In this document: piece by piece, positions 9,175 to 19,627 of the stretch | Numbering within the stretch: position 1 is the stretch's first letter | Layout: each line of letters starts with the position of its first letter | Virus record (IMG/VR): IMGVR_UViG_3300034349_000050 | Span: 1-47,931 of that record | DNA: 47,931 nt | Direction: 5' to 3' (one strand) | Source: a virus | Taxonomy: Duplodnaviria; Caudoviricetes | Program-made: the position numbers and the translations under genes | Notes under the pieces: model-generated | Seen by the model: only the letters and a program-made list of their open reading frames with translations | What the model was told of the DNA's origin: nothing | Databases searched by the model: none

Positions 9175-12100
9175 GTGGCATATACGCTACCGATCGCGAA
9201 CCTTAGCGTAGGTTCTACAACTGAGTTCGGGCTTGGTGGATCAATAACCTGCCGGACTCGGGCTCTGCTTATAGAATCTACTTACGAAGGACTAGTATTC
9301 GGTTCTAATCTCCGTGTTTATGATTCCGCAGTAAATGGCGGGATATGTAATTTCACGTTCGTCGACCCAAATTACTCCATAGTTCCTGCTCCACAGTTTA
9401 ATTTTGGCGGTACAGGCACGTTGTTTGCGCCCGTCGGTATAAATTCCACTGTATACGGAAACTCTTTATTTAAGAACAAGGCAGGTTCATTTCTTCCAGA
9501 AGGGATAGACGATTCTATATTTGGTAAAACCTTTCTTGGAGGAAAAAGTGTAGATTTTAACTTCGCGGATATAGTCAATCCTATTAACTATCCAGGAATG
9601 GCGCTTCGCTTTGACTTTATAGACGGGCCTTTTTTATCCAGAAGTATTCCAACAATAACCGCGTCGGAACAGACACAGTTTGGCATTTCGTGGATTACTT
9701 TAAAAGCTCAGGCAATATTACCCACTAGTTGTGGCATCATTCTAGTTCAAGCGCCGACCTTTGCCATAGCTTCCACGCCGGGAGTTCCTTTCCAGTTTAG
9801 TGCGGCATACGCGCAACCAGAATGTTATAACCTCCCGTTTGTCTTCGGAGGCGAACTTCCCCCACTTGTTTTTAAAGGTTTTACGGCCGCAGTTTTTGGT
9901 AGCGCGAAGCTACGAAACACTGCGCAAACCCTTACTCCTGTTAGTGTATATGACCATGCTCTTGGCGTAACTAGAGTAGCTTTCAAGGGTCAGTTTGCAG
10001 TCGATCTTCGTTTTGACTTCTCGTGGGACTACTTTTTAAGACCTTCAACCTCGGCAAACGTTCCATTCTATTTCTTCGCCGAAGGTAAAATTGCGTTCAA
10101 CCTACAAACTGATATGACGCAGTTTGGAGCGGCCTCTGTAAGGCGCAACGAGGTTCTTCTGGGCTTCTACGGTTTTTCTAGCCAGGCAATAGGTACTGCT
10201 AGAGTATCTCCCCCGGCTGCGCAGATAAGACCTTCGGCGCTACCTCCAATAAACGCGTATGGCACTAACAACGTAAGGAATGTAACATTCCAGCAACAAC
10301 TAAGTTTTACAAATTACAGCATATTCCAACCCGTTTTTCCCTCGAATACCGTAGTTCTTAACTGGCAGCAGTTCATAAAGCCGTATTATTCTTCATCTTT
10401 CTACTCATTTACCGAGTTTGGAACTAATGTTGTTCGCACATTTGGCCCGCAGCATGCAACAAACGTAGGAGCAGGTTGTACAACAGAGTACGGAGTTTCT
10501 TGGCTATCGAACTGGCTTCGTTTTCTACCACTCGGCGCTCTGGATAGTATCAGCTTTGGAACTTCCCATGTTAGATACGTTCGTGCATATGTTAATCCGC
10601 AATGGGAAGTATTTACGTTATACGGGAACCCGCGTGTAATTCGCTACAACGAAGTAGATTGCGTAGGTTTCTCTTACACAGCCTACGGTAATCCAGCACT
10701 AATTTTTAGTAATCTGCTTGTAGGAATCGGATTTAATTCATTCGAATCTGGCGGCACAGTGGTTAAAAATCGTGCGCAAGCAATTGTTTTCGATATAAAA
10801 GATGCAGATGTAGGAATAAGTACACCGGGATTTGGAACTTCGCTAATCTACGATTCTGATCAATATTTTACATTTGATATTCCTATAGAGAACGTTGAAA
10901 CAGCCTTCTATGGATATATGACTAATGTCCATAATAGAAACCGGGCCATGGAATTTCCGGGATTTGATAGTTTCTATTGGCGCCCATACGCTCACGCAGT
11001 TGGAATTACTGCCCGCATTATTTACACTCCGTCATTACCCACAACGGAATTTGGCGATTCATGGATTTCACGCAGAATACGTTCGTTTTCAGTATATGGG
11101 CTTGATTCTAGTACTATACAGTACGATTACTATACCGAGATACTTAACAAAGGAGAGAAAATAAGTGTAGATGGATTTACGGCATACGAGTTTGGCGAAG
11201 TACCAGAAGTTTGGAATAACCGAAGATACAGAAGTCTTGGTGGATATGATTTTTGTGATTTCCCCGATACTTCTAGAGTCAGCCATGGAATTCAATATAT
11301 AGAACTTCCTAACCTACTTCCTGGTGACTATAGTCTTACCTTTGGAACTCCTTCTGTCTCTCTGCATGACCAGTATGTTTTCCTAAATCCTATGGATGTT
11401 GATATCCGTCTTGGTACATTATCGGTTGATGGTCCGTATTTCTATGGTTTTAGCCCTTACGGCATACCACCACCGGAAAGATATGGTAATGCTGCAGAAG
11501 TAAGAAATAAGAATCGTCCAATTAAGCCTTATCAAATTACTGAACCTCTTTTACCAATATTTGCTATAGATTCTTCTTGGCATTTTATTACTAATTTAAC
11601 TATAGACAGCCTTGAGATAGGCCAATTTAAAGCCGCCGACAACAAACAATACATAGCCCCGCAAGGATTATTCGCTTCTTATATTACAGGACCTCCTGGT
11701 GCTACAGTTCGTAATATATCAGTACCAACTGTATACCCTCAATGGCTAAAAGATATTGGTGGACTACCTCATGCGTATAGTACCGAAGTCACTATGTTGG
11801 TTAGTAACTTTTCTATACGCTCAATGGGCATGTTTATTGAAGGATTTGACGCTCTGAAAATTGGAGGGGTTGATAATGTCCTAAGTACCGTCTGGCAACT
11901 TCGTAACTACTACCCATTCACAGGATATGGAGAACCGGCAGTTACGCATTTCCATCGCAGAATAACTGTCGCTACTTCTGGAGATAGTCTTGTAGTTCCA
12001 TCGAGTCTGCCGCCTGGAGGTTATGGTCAACTAGCTGTTTCCCCGTTCTATATCAACGATTTGGGCAACGCTGGTTTATACATTGACGATCGGCAGTACG

Positions 12101-12846
12101 GACAACCACCTTGGTTTGGCTATTTTAGCGCGCACGTCCCTGGACTTACTGTACAACCGTCCTTCTTTGGTAGCACGTACACAGAGTTTGGTACTGCTGA
12201 ACTTTTCCTTGGCCTGCGTTATATTAATTATAAATCTCTTTCTAGTACTAATTTTGGTATACTACTCATAAAACCTTTTAAACAACGCTTGTGGTTCTCA
12301 GGCGATGTAAGTGATACGTTTGGTTCCTGTGTGGTCAACGAGAAAGGCTTACAGCCAGTAATCGATCCGAGCACTAAAGCAATTTTGTTATCTACTCTCG
12401 GTGAGCAGACTCAATTCGGGCAAAGTGCTGTCGAGAATAAAAACCGCCCTGTACGCTTCAGCGGTGGCGACTCCTTAGTTTGTATATTCGGACAAGATTT
12501 ACCAATAGTTCCGCTGGTTTGGCATTATCCACGTGGATTTACTACAGTATCTTTTAGCTCACCAACATTTGGCACTCCTTGGATAACACCTAGTCCGCGC
12601 ATCCTGGATATGACTTATCCAGAGGACTATTCTGATGGTATGACGGAGTTTGACTGGACAATCTTTGCTATTCGTATGCGCTTACGTACAGATCATGTGC
12701 TCAAGGTTGGCGGAATGGACTATGCTATAATGGGTAATCCAACACTGACTAATAGGTATCAGTATGCTAGAATTTATCAGGTCGCTCCACCGCTCTTTCC
12801 GTGTTATTCGGTAACGATAACCCATGGCTATATCTTTCGAAGGTGA
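9175..12846 (+). CDS. Large virion structural protein (1223 aa) with recurring T[EQ]FG motifs
   Basis: AAGGAG SD and GTG start. Aromatic, beta-rich composition within the structural operon. Confidence 0.65.
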   Translation: MAYTLPIANLSVGSTTEFGLGGSITCRTRALLIESTYEGLVFGSNLRVYDSAVNGGICNFTFVDPNYSIVPAPQFNFGGTGTLFAPVGINSTVYGNSLFKNKAGSFLPEGIDDSIFGKTFLGGKSVDFNFADIVNPINYPGMALRFDFIDGPFLSRSIPTITASEQTQFGISWITLKAQAILPTSCGIILVQAPTFAIASTPGVPFQFSAAYAQPECYNLPFVFGGELPPLVFKGFTAAVFGSAKLRNTAQTLTPVSVYDHALGVTRVAFKGQFAVDLRFDFSWDYFLRPSTSANVPFYFFAEGKIAFNLQTDMTQFGAASVRRNEVLLGFYGFSSQAIGTARVSPPAAQIRPSALPPINAYGTNNVRNVTFQQQLSFTNYSIFQPVFPSNTVVLNWQQFIKPYYSSSFYSFTEFGTNVVRTFGPQHATNVGAGCTTEYGVSWLSNWLRFLPLGALDSISFGTSHVRYVRAYVNPQWEVFTLYGNPRVIRYNEVDCVGFSYTAYGNPALIFSNLLVGIGFNSFESGGTVVKNRAQAIVFDIKDADVGISTPGFGTSLIYDSDQYFTFDIPIENVETAFYGYMTNVHNRNRAMEFPGFDSFYWRPYAHAVGITARIIYTPSLPTTEFGDSWISRRIRSFSVYGLDSSTIQYDYYTEILNKGEKISVDGFTAYEFGEVPEVWNNRRYRSLGGYDFCDFPDTSRVSHGIQYIELPNLLPGDYSLTFGTPSVSLHDQYVFLNPMDVDIRLGTLSVDGPYFYGFSPYGIPPPERYGNAAEVRNKNRPIKPYQITEPLLPIFAIDSSWHFITNLTIDSLEIGQFKAADNKQYIAPQGLFASYITGPPGATVRNISVPTVYPQWLKDIGGLPHAYSTEVTMLVSNFSIRSMGMFIEGFDALKIGGVDNVLSTVWQLRNYYPFTGYGEPAVTHFHRRITVATSGDSLVVPSSLPPGGYGQLAVSPFYINDLGNAGLYIDDRQYGQPPWFGYFSAHVPGLTVQPSFFGSTYTEFGTAELFLGLRYINYKSLSSTNFGILLIKPFKQRLWFSGDVSDTFGSCVVNEKGLQPVIDPSTKAILLSTLGEQTQFGQSAVENKNRPVRFSGGDSLVCIFGQDLPIVPLVWHYPRGFTTVSFSSPTFGTPWITPSPRILDMTYPEDYSDGMTEFDWTIFAIRMRLRTDHVLKVGGMDYAIMGNPTLTNRYQYARIYQVAPPLFPCYSVTITHGYIFRR

Positions 12847-15562
12847 TGAAGCATTTGCCCTGGCCGTTTTGGATGAAGCCATTAGTCGAAGAACTGCCGT
12901 GCGGTTGATGAAAAACTCTCTGGGCATTCCGCAAATGATAAAGTCCTTCGATCTTTCGAATGGATGTCAGGTCTATGTGGTAGACCTCGAGCACACACAA
13001 AAAATGCACATTGTCGCTCCGGCAAAAAGTACAATAGTGGTCCCGGAAAAAAAGACTTTCTATTATTATGTCGAAAATGGTATCCCCGACTATGTTAGCG
13101 GAGCTGTTACGCAGCCCGTAATAGAAACTACTGCCACCGGTAAATTTGACGATAATGGACAACCTATAATGGTTGATTCAGTTCGCGAAGTAAAAATAAC
13201 AGAGCAGACCAGTGAGCGTATATCTATGTATGACGCTAAAATCAAACTGGCGACTCCTGAGACGGGCGGTTTTGCCGCAATGCAAAATCCACTGTACCCA
13301 ATAAGATACACGCAGCATAAAAACATACATCCTGGATTCTATAGCGGGTGGATGCGCACTGTAGTACAAGTTTTACTTGGTATAGGAACACAGAGCCAGG
13401 ATTCTTACGAGCGAAGAAGCGGGTTGGCTCATCAGCTACAAAGAATAGACATGAACGACACTGCGTATGTTGCGCGCAGCGCTTTTGGTCTGTATAATCC
13501 TGATCGTACTAGAACAGTGGAGGTTCTGTATGATTATAGGTTTAACAAAACCCACGGAATCACTCTCGGTGGTACTTTGCCTGGCAAGACCGAAAAACTT
13601 CCATATCTTATAGAAATAGGGCAGGCTGGGGTTATAGCCTTCCCGCTTTCGCTTGATCCCGTTTCTCTGACTGCCGACGGAGCAGCGAGATACAAAGAAT
13701 TGTACCCAGAATTATTTTCAGACTACGAAGGTGGCGCTGGAAGTTCGTCTGGCATAGGACTTTTTGATTTTCTTGGCGGCTTTCCAACTGGAGAATTCCC
13801 TTACGTTTATGAACGAGATCGTGCGTCTCTTATACGCGCCGGCGAGGCGGTAGTAATATGTTCTACCAATGCCTTTTATGCCAACAGCATGTATAGCTCA
13901 GCGATGGGTTGGGTATTCAACGAATCTGGATCAGAGGCGCATAATACCTGTTGGGGCTCTGACGCTAAAGGAGTATCGATCGGTTATTTGTACGGAATAA
14001 ATATTGAGATAGGAGATTTTACCCCCGCTATAACTGATCCCAGGGCAGGACAGCTCGCAGGCGAATTGGGTAGAGCGCAAACTCTAAGGGTGTGGGAGAA
14101 TAATAAGATAGGACGACTTTCTTCTGCGCAAGTAGAAACACTTTTATCAATACGCGACGCAAAAGCTAAGTATGAAGCTTTTGATTCTATGGAAGTTAAA
14201 GCTGAATTTAAAGCAACTGGTTCGTGCAAGATGTCAAGAAAAGGCTACCTTTATCATCCAGGAAAACTTGCCCCTACTGGTGGTTGGTGCAATGGTCCAA
14301 GCGGTCAGCCCCAAATAAAGTTCTGGGAACCCATCATGGAATCCCCTATTTCTTTCGATTTCGGGTATTATGAAGAAGTGTCGGATATGGGGTGGAGGCA
14401 GAGTAAATTGAATCCTGCGCCAAAGTGTGATACACCTATGCTTGTGCTATATGGACAAGGTGGTGAGATCGATATCGTAAATTACTTTTACAGGGATACT
14501 CCTCCAGTTCCATTCGAACAAGTAGATACAAGAGAACCTTGTCAGTTCGATGGTACGTGGACTTCGGAAAGCAACACACTGGGTACTGGACTTTTTTGTA
14601 ACTTCTATTCTTCGCAATGGGACCCACGTAAAGAGTTGTCGATCGGTGTGCACACAAAAACAACCAGCACTGGTAAGTTCTTGGGAAACACTGACTTTAT
14701 GGATTTTGGCGGCTTCTGGGAAATGTGCTGCGACATTCGGAAAGAGTTTTGGTATGCTACAAGCTACGAGACAAGTGCTACGGGGGCGCAGTCAGCAAAT
14801 GCCGCCGTAGTGTGGCCGGGGGGTGATAGAAATATCTACTATACTGTAGAGGTAGAAAGTACTACTTCTTCGAGTAGATCAAGCGGCACAAGCAAGCCGT
14901 ATGTTGCAGGATATGGTAACGTTGTCAAACATGGCAGGGTGTACCATTTTATTTTCCACTGGCTAGGTAGTGGGTGTATTAAAGAAGAAGGCGGACCCAG
15001 TCCCGGTGACGGACCGCCATGTATGCTGCGCGAAGTATACCCATCTACCGTCACCGAATCTTGTTTCAGTGGTGCGCCCTCCTTCCCATACTACAGCGTA
15101 TGCGGCGGTGATTGGACTGGATATCACGGAGCGGGTGATCTTATCCCAGGTGGTATCACGATTTGGTATTCTAAACGATTTGGTAACGAGCCACCGGGGG
15201 AGGCACACTCTTCCACAACTCCCCCAGAAGCAACGCTAAACTGGAGATCTAGGATTTTTGGGGATACGTCTTTAAATGGTAGTATAATCGACAGTGAAGC
15301 TCTGACGCAAGTAAATGATTCAGACCATCAACTTGGGTTAGATATAGAGGACTCAGCAATGTCGATGTGGTGGTGGAGAGCTAGTCCAACTGGGTGTGAG
15401 ACTCCAACGTACGCTCCTCCGTTGAACATAAACATAAATACATTTGGCGATGCTCTTACGGTTTACGAACCACAATTTGAATTTCCCTCAAGGTATGAGG
15501 GCACACCAATCGAGCTAAAAGATAATTTAGCGGGTTGTTTTATAGGATACGTAGCAAAATGA
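12824..15562 (+). CDS. Large virion structural protein (912 aa) with a Cys/Trp-rich C-terminal half
   Basis: Long ORF overlapping both neighbours in the structural operon. Confidence 0.65.
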   Translation: MAISFEGDEAFALAVLDEAISRRTAVRLMKNSLGIPQMIKSFDLSNGCQVYVVDLEHTQKMHIVAPAKSTIVVPEKKTFYYYVENGIPDYVSGAVTQPVIETTATGKFDDNGQPIMVDSVREVKITEQTSERISMYDAKIKLATPETGGFAAMQNPLYPIRYTQHKNIHPGFYSGWMRTVVQVLLGIGTQSQDSYERRSGLAHQLQRIDMNDTAYVARSAFGLYNPDRTRTVEVLYDYRFNKTHGITLGGTLPGKTEKLPYLIEIGQAGVIAFPLSLDPVSLTADGAARYKELYPELFSDYEGGAGSSSGIGLFDFLGGFPTGEFPYVYERDRASLIRAGEAVVICSTNAFYANSMYSSAMGWVFNESGSEAHNTCWGSDAKGVSIGYLYGINIEIGDFTPAITDPRAGQLAGELGRAQTLRVWENNKIGRLSSAQVETLLSIRDAKAKYEAFDSMEVKAEFKATGSCKMSRKGYLYHPGKLAPTGGWCNGPSGQPQIKFWEPIMESPISFDFGYYEEVSDMGWRQSKLNPAPKCDTPMLVLYGQGGEIDIVNYFYRDTPPVPFEQVDTREPCQFDGTWTSESNTLGTGLFCNFYSSQWDPRKELSIGVHTKTTSTGKFLGNTDFMDFGGFWEMCCDIRKEFWYATSYETSATGAQSANAAVVWPGGDRNIYYTVEVESTTSSSRSSGTSKPYVAGYGNVVKHGRVYHFIFHWLGSGCIKEEGGPSPGDGPPCMLREVYPSTVTESCFSGAPSFPYYSVCGGDWTGYHGAGDLIPGGITIWYSKRFGNEPPGEAHSSTTPPEATLNWRSRIFGDTSLNGSIIDSEALTQVNDSDHQLGLDIEDSAMSMWWWRASPTGCETPTYAPPLNININTFGDALTVYEPQFEFPSRYEGTPIELKDNLAGCFIGYVAK

Positions 15563-17601
15563 GTTTTCCAGGCGCAAAAACCCAGTGGCACACAGTTCCG
15601 GCAACTTCCCCAGGAAACTGGGAGCAGAATAATGCTGCTGCTGCGGAAGCTGAATCGATAGATGTAGCTAATAGCATAATCGAACTGCGTTCTAATGCTT
15701 CGGCCTTGGCGACTCTTGCTCTAAAATATATAAATGAATGCAGGGCGTTTTCGGCCGACATAACTTCAGTCAATTATGTTCCCCCAACTTTCGCTGGAGC
15801 GCAATTAGTAACTGTTGACACGGACTGGTCGTGGCCGGCTGTAAGTGATTTAATAATTCCAACAACAGCTACTCCTGATTTTTCTAAAGCGCGCATAGTT
15901 GGGGAATTTACTGCGAGCGAAGATATAGAGCGTCCAGCTATTACACCGACTGTACTTCCAGTAAAGCCGTTCGCTACTAGCCCACAACAAATTCCGAATG
16001 ACCCTACAATTCTTTCTATAGATGTACCAGAAACACCTGTTTATGTTTATCCTTTGATCACTTCAGTCCCTGTTCCTCCTCCATTGGGCTTAGCGCCAGT
16101 GTATAAAGAACTTCCTGACCCAATTATGCTAAAAGCGATTTCTTTTCCCGAGATAAACGACGCAGGAGTAACTAATGCTTTTTCTGCACTTGAGGCGATT
16201 ATTAAGGCGCGACCCACTATACCTATTTATTCACCTTATATCCCAAGTGTTTTCCAAGTTATAGGTGCTTTACTAGCTGGTCCACCAGAGTACGTAGTTA
16301 ATGCTACGCGAGCATATACGGCTCGAAGAGCTACGATTGAAGATAGACAGAGCAGTTTTATAAATACAGTTTATTCAAGACGTGGGCTTGTTTCGGTAGA
16401 CTCTTCTGCTTATATTTCTAAGGAAAAAGCTCGTACAATTAGCCAAGCCGAAGCATACAGGGTTGTTACTATCGCTCTAGCAGCCGATGATTCGATACGT
16501 GACGCTTACAAAGTTGGAACCGCGGCACACGCCCAAGCTGTCGAACTTCTTATTGCAATAACTGACAGTGAGTTTGATGCTCTATTTGCTAACGCTGAAG
16601 CACAGGGTGAGCTTTGGAATGCTGCCGTAGCTTCGTATCAAGGGGTTGCTGCTACGTTTGAAAACAAGGCGCAGGCTTATACTCTAGCATTTACGGAAGA
16701 AGAAGCGCGAGTTCAGAATTACACTACACAAATGGATTCCTTGAAAGTACGTGCGGGATTTGAAAGCACGACGGCACGTTATTTTGCGTCTACTGAACAA
16801 AGTAAAGCGCTTACCCTAGACATTAACAGTCTGTTAGTTGATACTGAAAAAGCCAAAGTACAGGCTTTTTCCACATCAAATCGCGCCGTCGCGGCTCGCG
16901 CCGAAGCTCTTGGAATAGAGTTTGAGCAATACCAAGCGCTTGTCGCTAAGTGGACTGGCTCACTCGCCGCTGTACAAGCTACGTGGAAAGAAGCCTCAGC
17001 CAGAGCCAAAGCTATAGCAGCTACGAACCAGGCGATAGCGCAACGAGTTGCTGCTTCTGGTGAAAGTAATCTTATCATAGCGACAGAGGCGCAAAAAGCT
17101 GCTGCATATGTTGCTGCGCAGGCTGAACGGCTTAAGGCTAATATAAGTCAGCGTTCTTCGGCCTTCGCTGTAACTGAAGCCAGTAACCAAATAGCTGGGG
17201 CGTTAGCGCAGAACATATCGACTATCTATAGCACTGGTCTAACACAACTTACGCAAAAAGTTACGGCTGAAAGTGCCAACATAGAAGGGAGAGCCGTCGA
17301 GGCCGCCGCTGCGTCGAGATTCTTTGTTCAAGCGGCTGAGGCAGCAGGACGCGCTGCCACCCTTACGCAACAAGCAAACATTCAACTAGCCGAAGCTTAT
17401 TCTATGGCGCAAGAAACCTCTGGTAAAGCTACGGCGGCTATCGAAGCTGGCCGATTTGGCGGATACAGTGCTAGAGTTTCGCTTAGTGCTAGTGCAGAAC
17501 TTGGCGCCTCAGAGCACAGCGGACGAAGGGTTGATAATTCATACGCAGTTACTACCTCTGAATCTGATAGTTACCAAGAAAGCCTTAACATGGTTAAATA
17601 A
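15559..17601 (+). CDS. Virion protein with a Pro-rich N-terminal region and a long Ala-rich coiled coil
   Basis: ATGA overlap at 15559 (MSFPGAK...), plus amino-acid composition. Confidence 0.65.
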   Translation: MSFPGAKTQWHTVPATSPGNWEQNNAAAAEAESIDVANSIIELRSNASALATLALKYINECRAFSADITSVNYVPPTFAGAQLVTVDTDWSWPAVSDLIIPTTATPDFSKARIVGEFTASEDIERPAITPTVLPVKPFATSPQQIPNDPTILSIDVPETPVYVYPLITSVPVPPPLGLAPVYKELPDPIMLKAISFPEINDAGVTNAFSALEAIIKARPTIPIYSPYIPSVFQVIGALLAGPPEYVVNATRAYTARRATIEDRQSSFINTVYSRRGLVSVDSSAYISKEKARTISQAEAYRVVTIALAADDSIRDAYKVGTAAHAQAVELLIAITDSEFDALFANAEAQGELWNAAVASYQGVAATFENKAQAYTLAFTEEEARVQNYTTQMDSLKVRAGFESTTARYFASTEQSKALTLDINSLLVDTEKAKVQAFSTSNRAVAARAEALGIEFEQYQALVAKWTGSLAAVQATWKEASARAKAIAATNQAIAQRVAASGESNLIIATEAQKAAAYVAAQAERLKANISQRSSAFAVTEASNQIAGALAQNISTIYSTGLTQLTQKVTAESANIEGRAVEAAAASRFFVQAAEAAGRAATLTQQANIQLAEAYSMAQETSGKATAAIEAGRFGGYSARVSLSASAELGASEHSGRRVDNSYAVTTSESDSYQESLNMVK

Positions 17602-17612
17602 CGGAGAAATAT

Positions 17613-19625
17613 ATGGCATATTCTGGTGGATCAGTATCGACGTCGATTAGCGGCGCCGGAGGTGGAGCTTCTCCGACTAGTATAATTTCTAGGGCGCGCT
17701 CATTAATCGCGCTTCCTACTTTTAGTGGGACTGCTACTTTTCCAGATGGTTTTGCTTCTCCTATGGCATTTGCTACAGCATTAATAAACGCTCCAGCTGG
17801 TGCCATGCTCACAATACCTAATTATGCCCCTCCTGTTATACCAGCGCCCACGACAATAGATGTTAATCCACAAGAAGCGGCGTATAGAGCCGTAGATAGT
17901 CTCCTTGCAATGCCTTTTCTTCCAGTGGCTGTAGCTCCAAAATGGGGAGTTCCAGAGCTGCCTGTTTATAGTGCGTATGAAGCTGTTTCTTCTGCTCCCG
18001 TTGACTACCCCGAGCAGGAACTTGAGATACTTCCTGACAGCGCTGGACTTACATCTAATCTTGTACTCACGCCTATAGCTATAGGAAATCGACCGGTTCC
18101 GGCGAATCTTATAGTAAATGAATTTATTCCGGAAATTTTGGCCCCATTCAATGACGGACTGCCAGAATATAAAGAGCTGGAGGCTTTTATAGCTTTATCC
18201 GCTACTGAGGTCTTGTATACTGCTGATAATGATCTTCTGCAACACATACTTGGTACTATCGATGGAAAGACTTCGCTTAGTGAAGACACGCAATTATCGA
18301 TGTTTAAATCTAAACTAGAATGGGCAGATGTCGATGAACGTGAAGCTGAGCAAAAAGCTTTTGAAAGTGCCGCTTCTAAAGGATTTTCTCTACCTTCTCC
18401 AGAACTAATGGACACTATTTTAGCAATCTCATCTAAAGATAGTAGAGAACGTGAAAAAGCTAACCGGGAAATTCTCGAGGACGTTATAAAACGAGGAAGG
18501 GAAACCCAGTTAGGAGCGATAGAAACTTCTACAACTCTTGAAAAAGTACATTTTTCATTGTTTAATAATTATGTAGAGCGTCTACTTAAAACACAACGTT
18601 TTAACGTAAAAATGTCAGTAACGCTATATGACGCTCTTGTAAAGCTGTATAATGCAAAGATTGCACTAGTTGCGATACTTATCCGGTCTTATAAAGAGTA
18701 TGCGCAGACAGTAAGAATACAAAATAGTGCGATAGAAGCGCAAGGTCAAGGTGAGTCAGCACGTTTAGAGGCTCTTCAATCTGAGACAGTTTCTTATGAA
18801 GCTCAGATCAACACAGCAAAGGCTATGGGGCAAATAGAACGACTACGCATCGATTTGGCCACATTACCAATAGCAGAATTCGAAGCTAAACTAGTTGGTA
18901 TAATGGCACATGTTAATACTGTTAAAAAAAATATCCAAGCGTATGAAACGTCTATCAAGGCTTTTTCGCAGGCTACGGAAGCTGTCAACGAGCGCTGGGG
19001 AACCTATGTCTCAGAAGTCGAATCATCGATCTCTGTTGTTTCTGTTGATTCTGCTAACGCTAAGGAAGCTGCATCTTACGCACAGACAGAAACTGGTAGG
19101 ATACAAGCCCACTCGAGTTATGTTGGCCAAGCTGTTCAAAATCTTGAAAATGAGGTCGGAGAATACTCTGCGTATTCTCAAGCGCAACGGGGCTACCTAC
19201 AAGCCCTTACAGGGAAACTAGGTGCTGAGGCGCAGTCAGTCGAAGCTTTTTCTAGAGCAGTTGGTGCAGTAACAAGCTATACTTCCGGCTGGAACAAGGC
19301 CGAAGCAGAACGCACTGGAGCAGTTAATATGTTTGATCTAACCAATGCCGAACAGAACACACGGCAGCAGGCTCTTAATACAGAGGCGCAAGCGGCACAG
19401 GCAAGAATACGTGCGGGATGGTTATCAGCGAGAGCGCAAGCTGCTGCTGGACAGGCCCAAGCTGCTTTTGGAGTAACGAGCGCTTCATTAAACTTGTCTG
19501 GTGGCGTAGGTTTAAAAAATGAATCCGTAGATAGTGGCGAAATTATTTTCTCAGATCATGCTTCTAGGGAATATTCTACGCGCAGATCAATCTCTGCATC
19601 TGCCACTAATCATTCCGGAGGTTAA
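17613..19625 (+). CDS. Virion protein with a Pro-rich N-terminal region and a long coiled coil, probable paralog of the upstream gene
   Basis: GGAG SD. Same architecture and length as the upstream gene, with a similar segment (SRRGL vs ASKGFSLP) and C-terminus. Confidence 0.65.
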   Translation: MAYSGGSVSTSISGAGGGASPTSIISRARSLIALPTFSGTATFPDGFASPMAFATALINAPAGAMLTIPNYAPPVIPAPTTIDVNPQEAAYRAVDSLLAMPFLPVAVAPKWGVPELPVYSAYEAVSSAPVDYPEQELEILPDSAGLTSNLVLTPIAIGNRPVPANLIVNEFIPEILAPFNDGLPEYKELEAFIALSATEVLYTADNDLLQHILGTIDGKTSLSEDTQLSMFKSKLEWADVDEREAEQKAFESAASKGFSLPSPELMDTILAISSKDSREREKANREILEDVIKRGRETQLGAIETSTTLEKVHFSLFNNYVERLLKTQRFNVKMSVTLYDALVKLYNAKIALVAILIRSYKEYAQTVRIQNSAIEAQGQGESARLEALQSETVSYEAQINTAKAMGQIERLRIDLATLPIAEFEAKLVGIMAHVNTVKKNIQAYETSIKAFSQATEAVNERWGTYVSEVESSISVVSVDSANAKEAASYAQTETGRIQAHSSYVGQAVQNLENEVGEYSAYSQAQRGYLQALTGKLGAEAQSVEAFSRAVGAVTSYTSGWNKAEAERTGAVNMFDLTNAEQNTRQQALNTEAQAAQARIRAGWLSARAQAAAGQAQAAFGVTSASLNLSGGVGLKNESVDSGEIIFSDHASREYSTRRSISASATNHSGG

Positions 19626-19627
19626 TT

